A DNA stretch of 64,000 nt from Mobula hypostoma (lineage: Eukaryota), in the NCBI RefSeq assembly GCF_963921235.1, contig NC_086097.1, positions 223,822,001 through 223,886,000 on the forward strand, given 5' to 3'. Under the pieces are notes generated by a model. It did not search any database and was not told the DNA's origin. It saw only the letters and a list, made by a program, of their open reading frames with translations. The translations under genes and the position numbers were made by a program. Shown here piece by piece: positions 1 to 12,817 of the stretch. The number at the start of each line of letters is the position of its first letter. The first letter of the stretch is position 1.

Positions 1-223
1 CACCACCACCATGTAGATTCCACAGATGGAAGATGCTGAAAAAATCTTTAAGCCCTGTGTTGTGCTGCTCACATAACGCTATCATCCTCTGACTTAATAC
101 AATAAATGCAGGGGTGAAATTCTTTCATCATTCAGGAGAAAATTCAGTGTGATCAGGCATCTTTATTTATTGTCAGATCCCTGCGAGTGTTGATAAGGCA
201 AAACAAACTGATAACTTAATTTT

Positions 224-636
224 CTCTTCTCCCTCTCCCCTCTCCTCTTCCCCTCCCCCTTTTCCCATTCATTCACTGTCTCCTTCGTCCCCCTACTCCC
301 CCTCTTCCTCTCTGCCTCACTCCTCTAACCCTGTCCCCTTCTTCCCCTTCTCCTCCCCTCTCCCTTCCCCTCCTCTCTCTGTCCTCTCCTCACCTCGCCT
401 CCACCTCTCACACCCTCTCCCATAGTCTTCTTCATCTCACTTTTCCCTTCTCCTCCCCCTCTCCTCCCTACACCCCCACTTCCCCTACTACCCCTCTCCC
501 CCTCTCTTCACCCTCCCCACTCTCCCCCTCCCATTTTCTGCCCTTCTCTCTCTCTCCCCTTTTCCCTCTCTCCGTTCTCTCTCCCCAACTCTCCCTGCTC
601 CTTCTCTCCCCCCCTCCCACCCTCCCCCTCTTCTCC
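224..636. repeat. Low-complexity polypyrimidine (C/T) tract
   Basis: About 400 nt almost entirely C and T; the minus-strand ORF 488-676 (G/R/E-rich) is an artefact of this composition. Confidence 0.95.
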
Positions 637-1491
637 ATGTGCACTGCTGTTGGTAGGACATAGGACGATCAAGCAAGTGGACACTTAAAGGTTAACTACG
701 CAAGATCCAAGGAATATGATCCCCAACAATGCAGTGTGAAAGTCAGTCCTCTCCAATTGGTATTACAGCGGTAGATAATAGAGACCCACTTGGACTGAAG
801 AGTGACAGATACAGACAGGTGCAGCTTTGGTTTCTGCTGTCAGAGGAGCAACAAGAGTATTGTGAGTCGAGATTACCTCTGAGCCCAGTGAACTATTAAT
901 CTTGTACTAATGGTTGTAAGATGAAGCAGAGTTAATTAAAGAACTTCCAAGGGAAACCATGGGGGTGCCAGGTGGAAAGATGGTGGCTGGAATGTGCCGA
1001 CACAGTTTACATGGGAACAGCTGCACTTTTCTTTATTTAGAAAGTACTCGGAGTTTTTTAGAAGAAATAGCAGACCCTCTTTTTAAAGTGCCACTATGTT
1101 CAAGTGATACATTGTGGCCCTGGGTGGCGTTTTAATTTGAAAAGCATAAAATGTAGGATTGAGTACGCGCATCACACCAATTACATACTGTAGTTTTGCT
1201 TTCAATCTGATCTAATTTTAGATGAATTGCAAGTAGGCTCCAGCTGTAGTTTATTTTAGCTGCTTCTAAAACTGTCGGAGACACAGCAGCAGCACAGGCT
1301 GAGAAGTTTGCAGTGAGGACTCTTTGACTGTGAGCAGAAGAATGAGACCCAGCGAATGCAAGCTGAAGTTAAAACTTTGAACTTGCGCTCATCACGTTGA
1401 TTCTATTTAAGACATGAATATTTTGGCGCAATAGCTCAGTCATCTTAGACCAGCCCAGATGCAACCATACCTAATCCTAACCCTAATCCTA

Positions 1492-1842
1492 TTGAACGTT
1501 AAAAGGCCTAGACAGGGTGGACATGGAGAGGATGTTTCCCATAGTGGGGGAGTTTAGGATCAGAAGGCACAGCCTCAGAATAGGATGTGCTTTAGAACAG
1601 AGATGAGGAGGAATTTCTTTAGCTAGAGGGTGGTAGATCTGTGGAATTCAATCCCACGGACAGCTGTGGTAGCTAGGTCATTGGGTATATTTAAAGTAGA
1701 GGTTGATAGGTTCTTGAATAGTAAGGGCGTCAAAGGTTACGGGGAGAAGGCAGGAGAACAGGGCTGATAAGGATAATAACTCAGCCATGACGGAATGGCA
1801 GAGCAGACTCGATGGGCCAAATGACCTAATTCTGCTCCTATT
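1492..1842 (+). mobile_element. CR1-clade LINE, 3' fragment
   Basis: Matches the 3' end (VDxERMFP..GESRTRGHSLRI) and tail of other CR1 copies in the window. Confidence 0.85.
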
Positions 1843-1849
1843 GGCAGGA

Positions 1850-1987
1850 GATTCTGCAGATGCTGGAAATAGAGTTAAAGATCTTGAGCAACAAATACAA
1901 AATGCTGGAAGAACTCAGCAGGTCATGCTGCATCTACGGAGGGAGACGAACAGTTAAAGTTTCAGGCCGACACCCTTCATCAGGACT
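1850..1987 (-). mobile_element. Penelope-like terminal-repeat fragment with a degenerate hammerhead (1951-1987)
   Basis: Reverse complement AGTC-CTGATGA-AGGGTGTCGGCCT-GAAA-CTTTAACTG, followed by the PLE tail seen at 45775-45840. Confidence 0.8.
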
Positions 1988-2278
1988 CAGATTTAGTCTG
2001 GCCTAGCACAGACTTAGTTCAGTACGAGCACGTGTGTGGCATGAGTTGCACTAGATAGTTAATGTGGATACCACTTGGAGAGGCTGGCATTCATCAGCCA
2101 CCCCAAGTTCCCCCTTAGGCCATGTCAGAAGCCTGTTAAGAGCCAACAATCTTGGTGGGGTTTGGAGTCTCTGTAAGGCCATGCCAGGTAAACATTGTCA
2201 GCCTCTTTCTCTGACAGATGTGAGTGAATCAGGTTATATTATAGCTGTCGTTATTAATAATAACTTCTGAATTAATTT

Positions 2279-3448
2279 AGGACATAGAAGAATGTGGCAT
2301 GGGAGCAGGCCATTCGGCCCACAATGTTGTGCTGAACCACCTAAAAAGCAAATCAGAAACACCCAAACATCAATCCCTCCTACCATATCCCTCCATCTTC
2401 CTTACATCCATATACCTATCAAAACATCTCTTAAAAGCCTCTAATGTATTTGCCTCCACTACCATACCAGGCAGCGCATTCCAGGCATCCATGACTCTCT
2501 GAGTAAAAAACTTACCCATCACATCTCCCTTGAACCGACCCCCTCTCACCTTCAATGCATGTCCTCTGGTATCAGTTATTTCAACCCTGGGAAACAGATA
2601 CTCTCTGTCCACTCTCTCTTAGCCTCTCATAATCTTGTAAATCTCTATCAGATCTCCCCTCAGCTTAGAGAAAACAACCCAAGTTTATCCAGCCTCTTGT
2701 GACAGCACATGCCCTCTAATCCAGGCAGCATCCTGGTAAACCTCTTCTGCACCCTCTCCAAAGCCTCAACATCCTTCCTATAATGGGGTGACTGGAACTG
2801 TAGGCAATACTCCAGATGTGGCCTTGCCAGGGTTTTATAAAGCTGCAACATAAGCTCCTGACTTCTCAACTCAGTGCCTCGACTAATCAAAGCAAGCATT
2901 CCATAAGCCTTCTTAACCACCCTATCGACCTGTGTAGCCCCTTTCAAAGAGCAGTGAACTTGGATCCCGAGATCTCTGCTCAGCAACACTGTTATGGATC
3001 TTACCCTTACTGTGCTCTGTCTGCTTACATTAGCCTTCCTGAAGTGCAACACCTCACATTTATCTGGGTTAAACTCCATCTGCCATTTCTTAGCCCATAT
3101 CTGCAAATGATCTATATCACGCTGTATTCTTTGCCAGTCTTCTACACCATCCACAACTCCACCAATCTTGAATCATCCACAGATTTACTGATCCACCCAT
3201 TTACATTTCCATCCAGGTCACTTACACACATCACAAACAGCAGAGGTCCCAGCACAGATCCCTGCAGAACTACACTAATTACAGACCTCCAGCTCGAATA
3301 AGTCCCTTCAACCACTACCCTCTGAACCAGTTCTGAATCCAAACAGCCAATTTGCCATGGACCCCATGTATCTTAATCTTCTGGATTAGCCTTCCCTGAG
3401 GGACTTTGTCAAGCACCTTACTAAAATCCATACAGACAATATCCACCT
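2279..3448 (-). mobile_element. CR1 LINE, 5'-truncated RT pseudogene
   Basis: ORFs 3142-3342, 2660-3154 and 2370-2612 carry QGSVLGP, degenerate ADD, RPHLEYC and TRGH motifs, broken by frameshifts. Confidence 0.93.
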
Positions 3449-3904
3449 TTCCTGAATTTCATAAAATTTCACAATCAGGTTTATTATCACTGACATACAT
3501 CATCAAATATATACAATTATATATTGTGTATGTATTTATAAAGTGCAGGCTAGCTTCAGATGCTGCTGGCTATCCATGCGATTGATCCTCTTGTTGGGGT
3601 GACGAGCCAGTATGCACTGCAGTTAGATTTAGCTGTACGTTCCCTCATGAAAATGACCAGGTAGTATACGGTTGGCAATTTGCTGGAGAAGGAATGGGTG
3701 AGGGTTACTTGCATCCGATGTTCTCTGCCTCTGTTTTCTGGAATTATCAGATGTAGTCCATTGAATGTTTCAAATTCATCCGAACTAATAACTTAAAAAG
3801 TGCTTCTGTAAAGCAAACATGTGAAATGTTCACTTTTAGTTTTATATTTGGTACAAATTGTTCCCCATTGTAGAACATTTCAATGGCCTACTTGATCAGG
3901 AACC

Positions 3905-4145
3905 ATTCACCCCCTCCCCTCTCCCTCACTCACTCACCTTCCCCTCACCTGGTTTTACCTATCATTTGCCAGATTGTATTTCTTCCCCTCTGCCTCCCCC
4001 CCCCCGCACCTTTCCAGTTCTGATGAAGGGTCTTGGCCTGAAGCGTTGACTGTTTATTCCATCTCCATGGATGCTGCCTGACCTGCTGAGTTCCTCCAGC
4101 ATTTTGTGTGTGTTGCTCTGGATTTCCAGCTTTTGCAGAATCTCA
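3905..4145 (+). mobile_element. Penelope-like terminal repeat with hammerhead variant (4016-4051)
   Basis: AGTT-CTGATGA-AGGGTCTTGGCCT-GAAG-CGTT-GACT (GAAA changed to GAAG), then the PLE tail. Confidence 0.8.
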
Positions 4146-4430
4146 GATCAGGAACTATGATAAATATATTATACAGTGTAGAAACATACCCTGCAGCCCG
4201 CTGACACTTTGAAAACCATCAATCACCTTTCTACATTCATCCCACTTGGTTCTCCTCACTTTTCACTCAGTTCCCTCCATATTTTACCATGTATACACCA
4301 GGCTCAATGCTGAGTGGCTGAGTGACCTATCAGCTGGGATGTGGGAAGATACTGAAACACCGGAACAGGGAGAATAAATCCACACAGATAGAACCAGAGG
4401 TTAGGACTGAGCACAGGTCACAAGAATTAT

Positions 4431-4866
4431 CCCGAGAATAACTTATGAGGAGTGTTTGATTGGCAATGGGCTTGTACTCACTGGAGTTTAGAAGAATAAA
4501 GGGGAATCTCATTGAAGTCTACCAAATATTGGAAGGCTTCGACAGAGTGGACTTGTTGAGGACTTTTCTGATACTGTGGAAGTCTAGGACAAGAGAACAC
4601 AGCCTCAGAATAGAAGGATGTCCCTTTAGAACAGAGATAAGGAGGAATTTATTTAGAGAGAAGATGGTGAATCTGTGGAATTCATTGTCACAGCCAGCTG
4701 TGGAGGCCAAGTCATTGGGTATATTTAAAGCAGAGTTTGATAGGTTTTTGACTAGTCAGGGCAGGAAATGGGGTGGAGAGTGATAATGAATCAGCTACGA
4801 TGGAAAGGTTGGGCAGGCTTGATGGGCTGAATAGCCTCATTCTGCTCCTTTGTCGTATGGTCATCT
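4431..4866 (+). mobile_element. CR1 LINE, 3' fragment
   Basis: ORF 4460-4783: GLYSLEFRR..DRVD..SRTREHSLRI, followed by the CR1 tail. Confidence 0.9.
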
Positions 4867-4969
4867 GGTCACTGTGGTTGGGAGGTAGCAACTCCAATCT
4901 CTGTCACCCAGTATTTCACATAATATTCAATTTCTTGCTTCAATCTTCGTTCTTCAGTCCCATTCAAAT

Positions 4970-5254
4970 TATTTATTTAGTGGTACAGTATGGGAGTAGG
5001 CTCTCCCGGCCCTATGATTCACAGCACCCCAGCAGCCCCTGACAAGCCAGGTTACCCCTGACCTATTCACGGGACAATTTATAATGACCAATTAGCCTAC
5101 CCGGTACGTCTTTGGACCATTGAAGGAAACCGGAGCATCGGGGAAAATTCAGGCATTCCATGGGGAATGCAGGCTCCTCACAGGTGGCGCTAGAATTGAA
5201 CTCTGAACTTCAGAATGCCCGAGGCATAGTAGCGTCATGCTACCTTGGTGCCCG
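4970..5254 (-). mobile_element. tRNA-derived SINE (V-SINE/HE1-like), degraded
   Basis: Similar to the SINE at 28955-29240; B-box-like GTTCAATTC on the minus strand. Confidence 0.7.
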
Positions 5255-5834
5255 CAACTTAGCTGCTTACAAAAAAATATTATTTTCGGGAATCTTTAGA
5301 ATTTCCATATCTGCTAGATAAGAATCTCCATTCTAATACTGCGTTCTATTTGCATTTAATTTCTATTCATTTTCTCCAGGTTTTCATTAACATATCAAAT
5401 ATACACCATTACTTATTGCTCTTTAAAAGTATGCATTTGACATACGGTTTTGGGGCTAACAGATGATTATCATGATTTAAATGTGCTCATGGGGATCAAA
5501 GTCAGTAAGCGAAGCTTTGACAGTAAAATGCTGATTAGACACGGTTTTCCAAGAGCAGTATTTAGCCTGTATATTAACAATTCTGTTTCAAGTTTCAAGA
5601 GCTAATGCAGAAGGATTTCCAGCAATCTGACAGAGTAGCAGTGCAGGTTCTCTGGCCCACAGAAGGTGATGTTTTCGTTTCTCTCAGTGGGAAGGAGTCC
5701 ATTAGATACAGAAGCAGAATTAGGTCATTCAGCTCATCAATTCTGCTCTGCTATTCAATCATGTCTAATTTGTTTTCATTCACATTCTCGTGCAATTTTT
5801 ATGTAACCCTTAACTTCCTATCCAATTAAGAACC

Positions 5835-6636
5835 TCCCAACCATTGAGCACATCTACATGAAATGTTGTCGTAGGAAAGCAGCATCCATCATCAGAGATC
5901 CCCACCACCCAGGTCCTGCTCCCTTCTAGCTGCTGCCATCATGTAGAATTAGCTTAGATTCAATTAGATTCAACATTATTGTCATTGTGCCAAGTACAGA
6001 TACAAAGCCAATGAAATGCAGTTAGCATCTGACCAGAAGTGCAAAGAATAATATTATTTACAAAATAACTGCAAATAAAAAGTTAGTGCTACAGCACACA
6101 AATATAAAAGTACTGAGACAGTCCAATATGGGTGCAATATTGCTTAGCGTTGTGATGTGAGGTTCAGCAGGATCACAACCTCAGGGAAGAAGCTCTTCCT
6201 GAGCCTGCTGGTGCGGGAGCGGAGCCTCCTGTAGCGCCTACCGGATGGGAGGAGAGTAAAAAGTCCATGGTTAGGGTGAGGTGCATCCTTGATACAGGAA
6301 GGTACGAGAGCCTCAGGACTCAAACCACCAGGTTCAAGAACAGTTACGACTGCTCAACCATCAGACTCTTGAATAAGAGGGGATAACTACACTCACTTGT
6401 CCCATCATGGAATTATTCCTACAACCAATGATCTCACGTAGAGATTCTTCATCTCATTGTCTCATGTTCTTTTTATTTATTGATATTTATTTATATTTAC
6501 ATTTGCAGATTTTGTTGTCTTTTTCTACACTTTGGTTTCATTGATCCTGTGACAGTGACTATTCTATAGACTTGAAAAAGGGTTGCATATAGAGACATAT
6601 ATGTACTTCGATAATACATTTATTTTGAACTTTGAA
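5835..6636 (+). mobile_element. Rex1/Babar-type 3' fragment interrupted by an opposite-strand insertion (about 5945-6292)
   Basis: Similar to 55970-56446; ends in a (TTGAAC)-type tail. Confidence 0.7.
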
Positions 6637-7094
6637 CCAATTGATCTCTGCCTTAAATATACCCATTGACACCCTGCGTGACAAACTCTGTGGCAGCAAA
6701 TTCTAAAAATTCTCTTCTGATTGAAGCAATCTCTCCCATCTCAGTTGTATTGGGACATCCGTTTTGTCTGCTTCTGCCCTTGGATCCAAGACACCCCTAC
6801 GAATGGAAACATCCTCTCCACATTCACTCTATCCACACCTTTCAGTATCTGGTAGGTTTCAATGTGATCCTGCCTCATATTTCTGAACTCCTAGTACAGG
6901 CCCAGAAACATCAAATGCTTCTCAAGCTGTATGTTAAGTCTTTCAGTACTGAGTCAGCTGGCTTAGTGGTATCAACATTAATAAGACCAAGGAATTGATT
7001 GTGGACTTCAGGTAGGGGAAGTCACACCTGCCCTTATCATGGGATCAGCGATGGAAGGCTGAGTAGTTTAATGTTTCTGGGAGACAACATCTCT

Positions 7095-10000
7095 AAAGAT
7101 CTAGGGAAAGTCTGCTGGAGCTATTGGGAGTGGTTTGAATTGATATGGCAGGGGGATGAGAATGAGTATGATAGAGCTGAGGATGAGCCAACAGGTTTAC
7201 AAGTGGATAATGTAAGGAAGGACAAGCCAATGATTGGGTACAACTGCAGACAGAGCAAAGAGTTAAATTGTACCACAGCGGCAAAATTCATAAGGGCAAA
7301 GAATGCAGGACTGAAGTGCTGTATTTAAATGCACATAGCATTTGGAATAAGGTGGACAAACTTGTGGCGCATTTAGAGATTGGTATAATGTTGTGGGCAT
7401 CACTGAGTCATGGCTGAAAGAAAGTCATAGTTGGAATTTTAACATCAAAGGATATACTTTGTATTGAAAGTACAGGCAGGAAGGCATAGGCAGTGGTGTG
7501 GCTCTGATTGTAAGAGATGGAATTACATCCTTAGAGGTGGTATTGGATCAGAGAATGTTGAATCTTTGTGGGTAGAGTTAAGAAATAGTAAGTGTAAAAA
7601 AAAAAATGGGCTTCCAAATAGCAGCCAAGATGTGGGGTTGAGATTGCAAAAAGAACTGGAAAGGCATGTAATAAGGGTAATGTCACAATTGTAATGGGGG
7701 ACTTCAATAAGCAAGGGGATTGGGAAAATCAGTTTGGTGTTGGATTGCAAGAGAGGGAATTTGTTGAATGCCTAGGAGGTGGCTTTTTAGAGCAGCTTGT
7801 GCTTGAACCTTCCTGGGAAAAGGCTAACTTAGATTGAGTGTTGTGCAATAACCCAGATTTTATTAGTCAGCTTAACGTAAAGGAACCCTCAGGAGGCAGT
7901 GACCATAATATGATTGAATTCATACTGAAATTTGAGAGGGAGAAGCAGAAGTCACATGTATCAGTATCACAATAGAATAAAGGGAATTACAGAGGAGCTT
8001 GCCTGGGTGGATTGGAGGAGGATACTGGTGGGGCTGACGGCAGAATGGAGCTGGCTGAAGTTTCTGGGAATAATTCACAAGGCGCAGGATAGATATGTCC
8101 CACAGAATAGGTAGTTCTCAAATGGTAGGGGCAGGCAACGGTGGCTGACAAGGGAAGTTAAGGACTGCATAAAAGCCAAGGAAAGGACGTATAAGGTAGC
8201 AAAAGTGAGTGGGAAATTGGATGGTTGGGAAGCTTTTAAAATCCAACAAAAGGCAATAAAAAATGCTATAAGAAGGGAAAAGATGAAATATGAGGACAAA
8301 CTAACCAATCCTATAAAACAGGGTACTAAAAGTTATTTTTGGTTATATGAAGTATAAAAGGGACGTGAGAGTTAATATTGGACCCTTGAAAAATGATGCT
8401 GGTGAGGTAATAATGGGGGGAATAAAGAAATGGCAGATGAACTTAACAAGTACTTTGCTTTAATCTTCATTATGGAAGACACTAGCAGTGTGCCAGAGGT
8501 CCATGAGTGTCAGGGAGTGAGAGTGAGAGCCATTTCTATTAGAAAGGAAAAAAAAATGCTAGGCAAACTAGTCACCTGGACCAGATGGACTACATCCCGA
8601 AAGAGGTTGCTGAAGAGATAAAGGATGCATTGGTCATGATCTTTCAAGAATCAGTTGATTCTGGCATAGTCCCAGAGGAATGGAAAATTGCAAGTGTCAC
8701 TCCACTCTTTAAGAAGTGAGGAAGACAAAAGTGAGGAAATTATAGGCCGGTTAGCCTAACGTCAGTGGTTGGGAAAGTGTTAGAGACTATTATTAAGGAA
8801 GAGATTTTGGGGTACTTGGAGACTAATGATAAAATAAGTCAAATTCAGCATGGTTTCTGTGAAGGGAGATCTTGCCTGAAAAATCTGTTAGAGCTCTTCA
8901 AGGAAGTAACAAGCAGCTTGGACAAAAGAAAGGCAACAGATGTAATATACTTAGATTTTCAGAAGGCATTTGATAAGGTGCCACAGAGGAGGCTGCTTAA
9001 CAAGATAAAATCCTATGGCGTTACAGGAAAGATACTGTTGGATAGAGGAATGGCTGACAGGCAGGCAGTGAGTGGGAATAAAGGGGCCTTTTCTGGTTGG
9101 CTGCCATTGACTAGTGGTGTTCCTCAGGGGTCAGTATTGGAACCGCTACTTTTCACATTTTTTGTCAATGAGATAATGGAATTGATGGCTTTGTGGCAAA
9201 GTCTACAGATGATACAAAGATAAGTGGACAGGGAGGTAGTCCTGAGGAAACAATGTGATTGCAGCAGGACTTAGACAAACTAGAAGAATGGGCAAAAAAG
9301 TGGCAGATAGAATACAGTGTTAGGAAATGTATGATAATGCATTTTGGTAAAAGGAATAATAGTGCAGATGATTATCTAAATGAGGAGAAAGTTCAAACAT
9401 CAGAGGTGCAAAGGGACGTAGGAGTCCTCGTGCAAGTCTCCCAGAAGGTTAATTCACAGGTTGAGTCTGTGGTAAAGAAGACAAATGCAATGTTGACATT
9501 TATTTCAAAAGGAATAGAATATAAAAACAAGGAGATAATGCTGAAGCTTTATAAGATGCTAGTCAGGCCACACTTGGAGTATTGTCAACAGTTTTGGGCC
9601 CCGTATCTCAGAAAGGATGTATTGTCATTGGAGAGGTCCAGAGGAGGTTCAGGGAATGAAGTGGTTAATATATGAGGAGTTTCTGGCAGCTTTGAGCCGG
9701 TACTCACTGGAATTTAGAAGAATGTATGGGGATTTCATTGAAACCTATGGAATGTTGAAAAGATTAGATAAGGTGGATGTGGAGAGGATGCTTCCTTTGG
9801 TGGGGGTATCCAGAACTTGAGGGAACAGCCTCAAAATTGAGGGCAACCTTTTAGAACAGAAGTAAGGAGGAATTTTTTTTAGCCAAAGAGTGGTGAGCCT
9901 GTGAAATGCTCTGCCACAGGCTGAGGCTGAGACCCAGTCCATGGGTATATTTAAAGTGGAAGAGATAGATTCCTGATTGGTCGGGGCATCAGGAGATATG

Positions 10001-10124
10001 GTGAGAGGGCAGGTGTATGGGGTTGAATGGGATCCAGGATCAGCCATGATGAAATTCTGGAGCAGACTCAATGGGCTGAATATCCTAATTCTGCTGCTTT
10101 GGCTTATGGTCTTATGGACTTATG
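7095..10124 (+). mobile_element. Long decayed CR1 LINE (ORF1 end, APE endonuclease, RT, 3' tail)
   Basis: LNA.SI, ITESWL and GDFN endonuclease motifs; [35 protein letters not shown]; (TTATGGTC)n tail; many stops and frameshifts. Confidence 0.95.
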
Positions 10125-10149
10125 TATCCTCCGCCCAATATATTCATGC

Positions 10150-10525
10150 AATTATGAAGAAGGCCTGACAGCAGCCATATTTCAATAGGATTTTGAGGAC
10201 ACTTGGTGTCAAATACTCTCAAAAATTTCTACAATTGTACTGTGGAGAACATTCTAACTGGCTGCAACAGTGTTTGATATGAGGGGCCAATGCACAGATC
10301 CAGATATAACTGCAGAAAGACGCAAACTCAAATAGCCTCCCCAGCATTGAGGACATCTTCTAAAGACAATGATTCAAAAGGGCAGCATTAAGGATCCCCA
10401 TTACCCAGGACCTCTCATTGCTACCATCAAGGAGCAGGTACAGGAACCTGAAGACACATACTCAACGTTTCAGGAACAGCTTCTTTCCTCTGTCATCAGA
10501 TTTCTGAATGGATAATGAACCCATG
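10150..10525 (+). mobile_element. Rex1/Babar-type 3' fragment that hosts two Gypsy insertions and resumes at about 17637
   Basis: Similar to 55790-56140; the tail ...AATGAACCCATG continues at 16783-16796 and 17637-17680. Confidence 0.7.
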
Positions 10526-10560
10526 TTACATTAATATTTGAGTAATATTGTAAGTATATT

Positions 10561-10745
10561 AGGCAACACACATAAAAATTGCTGATGAACGCAGCAGGCC
10601 AGGCAGCATCTATAGGAAGAGGTACAGTCGACGTTTCGGACTGAGTCCTGACAAAGGGTCTTGGGCCGAGTCCTGGCAAAGGGTCTTAGCCCGAAACGTC
10701 GACTGTGTGTTGCTTGAAATTCCAGCATCTGCAGACTTCCTCGTA
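10561..10745. mobile_element. Short fold-back Penelope-derived insertion in the 5' LTR of element A
   Basis: Inverted terminal-repeat arms with a tandemly duplicated, mutated hammerhead core. Confidence 0.85.
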
Positions 10746-12817
10746 TTTGCATTTGTAAATATATTATTTTGATTAAGCCTTCTTGTTCATTTAACTAAAT
10801 TATTACAGGTTATATGTAAAAGTACATGAATGGCATATGTCATCATGCCACCATGTCGTAAGTATATACCTCGCTAAAAGTGAAAACAAAGTTTATATGC
10901 ATCCTTGGGCTCCCTTGTTTTTTGTTCATTTAGTTCTACATTTTGGAGTTACAAAATATAACAGTGGCAACGAGTTTAAAGGAACTCAAGACAACTACCT
11001 GTTGAAATGCAGCAAGACGTTTGAGTAAAAAACTGTGCAGTGAGACACTTGAGTTAAAAAAAAATTATAGTATGCTTTCTTCATAACCTCTTATGAAGAT
11101 GTTAAGAAGATGTTCAAGTTTGAGAAAGGCAAGAAACGGACAAAATTCACAGGTTCATAAATGTTGAGTACTGGGTGATAATAGCAATAAATTTTTAAAA
11201 AGCACAAATGGTTGGCTATATTGGAAAGATAGACATGTTTGATTGCACAACAGATAACTGGATGTTGTATACAGAACAAATTGAGCAGCATTTTGAAGCA
11301 AAAGAAATAGCCAATGCAAAGTGAGTGCGAGTTTTGCTGTGTGTACTAGGTGGAAGAGCATACAGTTTACTTAGAAGTTTATTTGCTCCAACCAATGAGC
11401 CAAAATGAGTTTTGCTGATATTGTGTTCACTGGTGTCCATTTTCTATACAAGTAGGGTGTTCCACTAAACATTAGCAGCAAGAATGCAGAGATGGGCTCT
11501 GTTTCTTGGAAAATACAATTACCAGATCAAATTCAAGAGGATGGAAATGCTGATGGAAAAGGAAATTCCTGAAAATTTTACAAAAGAGGACATTCCTCTT
11601 GACGTATCCTCCCTAATGTAAATCAAAAGTCTCCCTACAATTCAAAGAGATACCAGAAAAGAGCCCACACTGACTTGGGTCTACAGAGCAACACAAAATG
11701 ACTGGAACGTGCTGCAGATTTTCCATTTTCACCAGCGCTTGAACAGTATTGCCTTTTGTGGGCAATGAGAGTTGTTGTACCATCCAAGCTTGAGAGCTAA
11801 AGTGCTGGAGGAGCTACATGGCTCAAAGCTTTGTCTGGTGGCCTGGGATAGATCAGCAGATCGGTTAGCTTGCCATGCACTGTTTGGGATTTCAATACGT
11901 CCAAAGATACCAAAAGCAGCGCCTCCCATCCCTGAGAAGGGCCTGCCTTGCCCTGCCAAAGGATTCATGTGGATTTTACTGGACGATTCATAGGTAGAAA
12001 TTTCTTGGTAGTAGTGGATGCAGCTACAAAGTGGCCAGGAGTGTTCCCTGTAGCTGTCACTACAGCCTCCCACACTGTTGATGTGTTGAGATGCCTGTCC
12101 TCAAGGACTGGTGTTCCAGAACACCTCATTAGTGACAGTGGACCACAGCTTGTTGAAAATAAATGAAGCTAGGCATATTACATCTGCATCGTACCACCCA
12201 GCTATAAATGTCTTGGCAGAATGGTTTAACTAAGTCTGAAGAACGTACAGCAAGCAATGCCAACAGAACACACTGACACTGAATCAGAAGTGTGATAATT
12301 TCCTCCTTGCTGTTCCTGGGTCAACCTTTGCGATTACGCTTGCGTCTTCTGAAACCCAATCTCAGAAGGCGTATGCAGAACTAACAGCTGAGACAAACTG
12401 AAGGCTCCTCAAACAAGGAGATTTGATGTTTCATTCTTGGACAAGCAGTCTTGGCGAGGGACTACCGAGGTGATAAAAAGTGGGCACTTAGAAAGAGATG
12501 GACTACACAGCAAAGATTGCGCCTGATATCATCTGGAGATGACACATCGATCAGTTTAGAACAGAGACAATTGTAAGAGAAACAGGGTGTCCAGAGCTGT
12601 CAGAAACACTTCCTGCAGTCCCAGAGTCAACTCCTACAACCACCACGGAGGAGGCCCCAGAACCTGAGATTGTTTCACAGCCACAAGTCTTTCCTGACAA
12701 GTAGAGTGATCCCACAAGAGTAGGAAATCCTCCATAGTGAATAAGTCTCTCGGCCTGAAGCGCACAATTTAAGATTTGTCTATACAGTAATGTCTATACA
12801 GTAGTTGTATTGTATAG

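Noticed and set aside
488..676. G/R/E-rich ORF
   Set aside because: Translation of the low-complexity tract.
2816..3301. Long ORFs antisense to CR1 RT (also 13788-14174, 20392-20778, 22801-23190, 46324-46719)
   Set aside because: Shadow frames that recur only because the CR1 sequence recurs.
3555..3700. Second HDV-like ribozyme in an RTE-5'-like stretch
   Set aside because: I could not build consistent P1/P2/P3 pairings.
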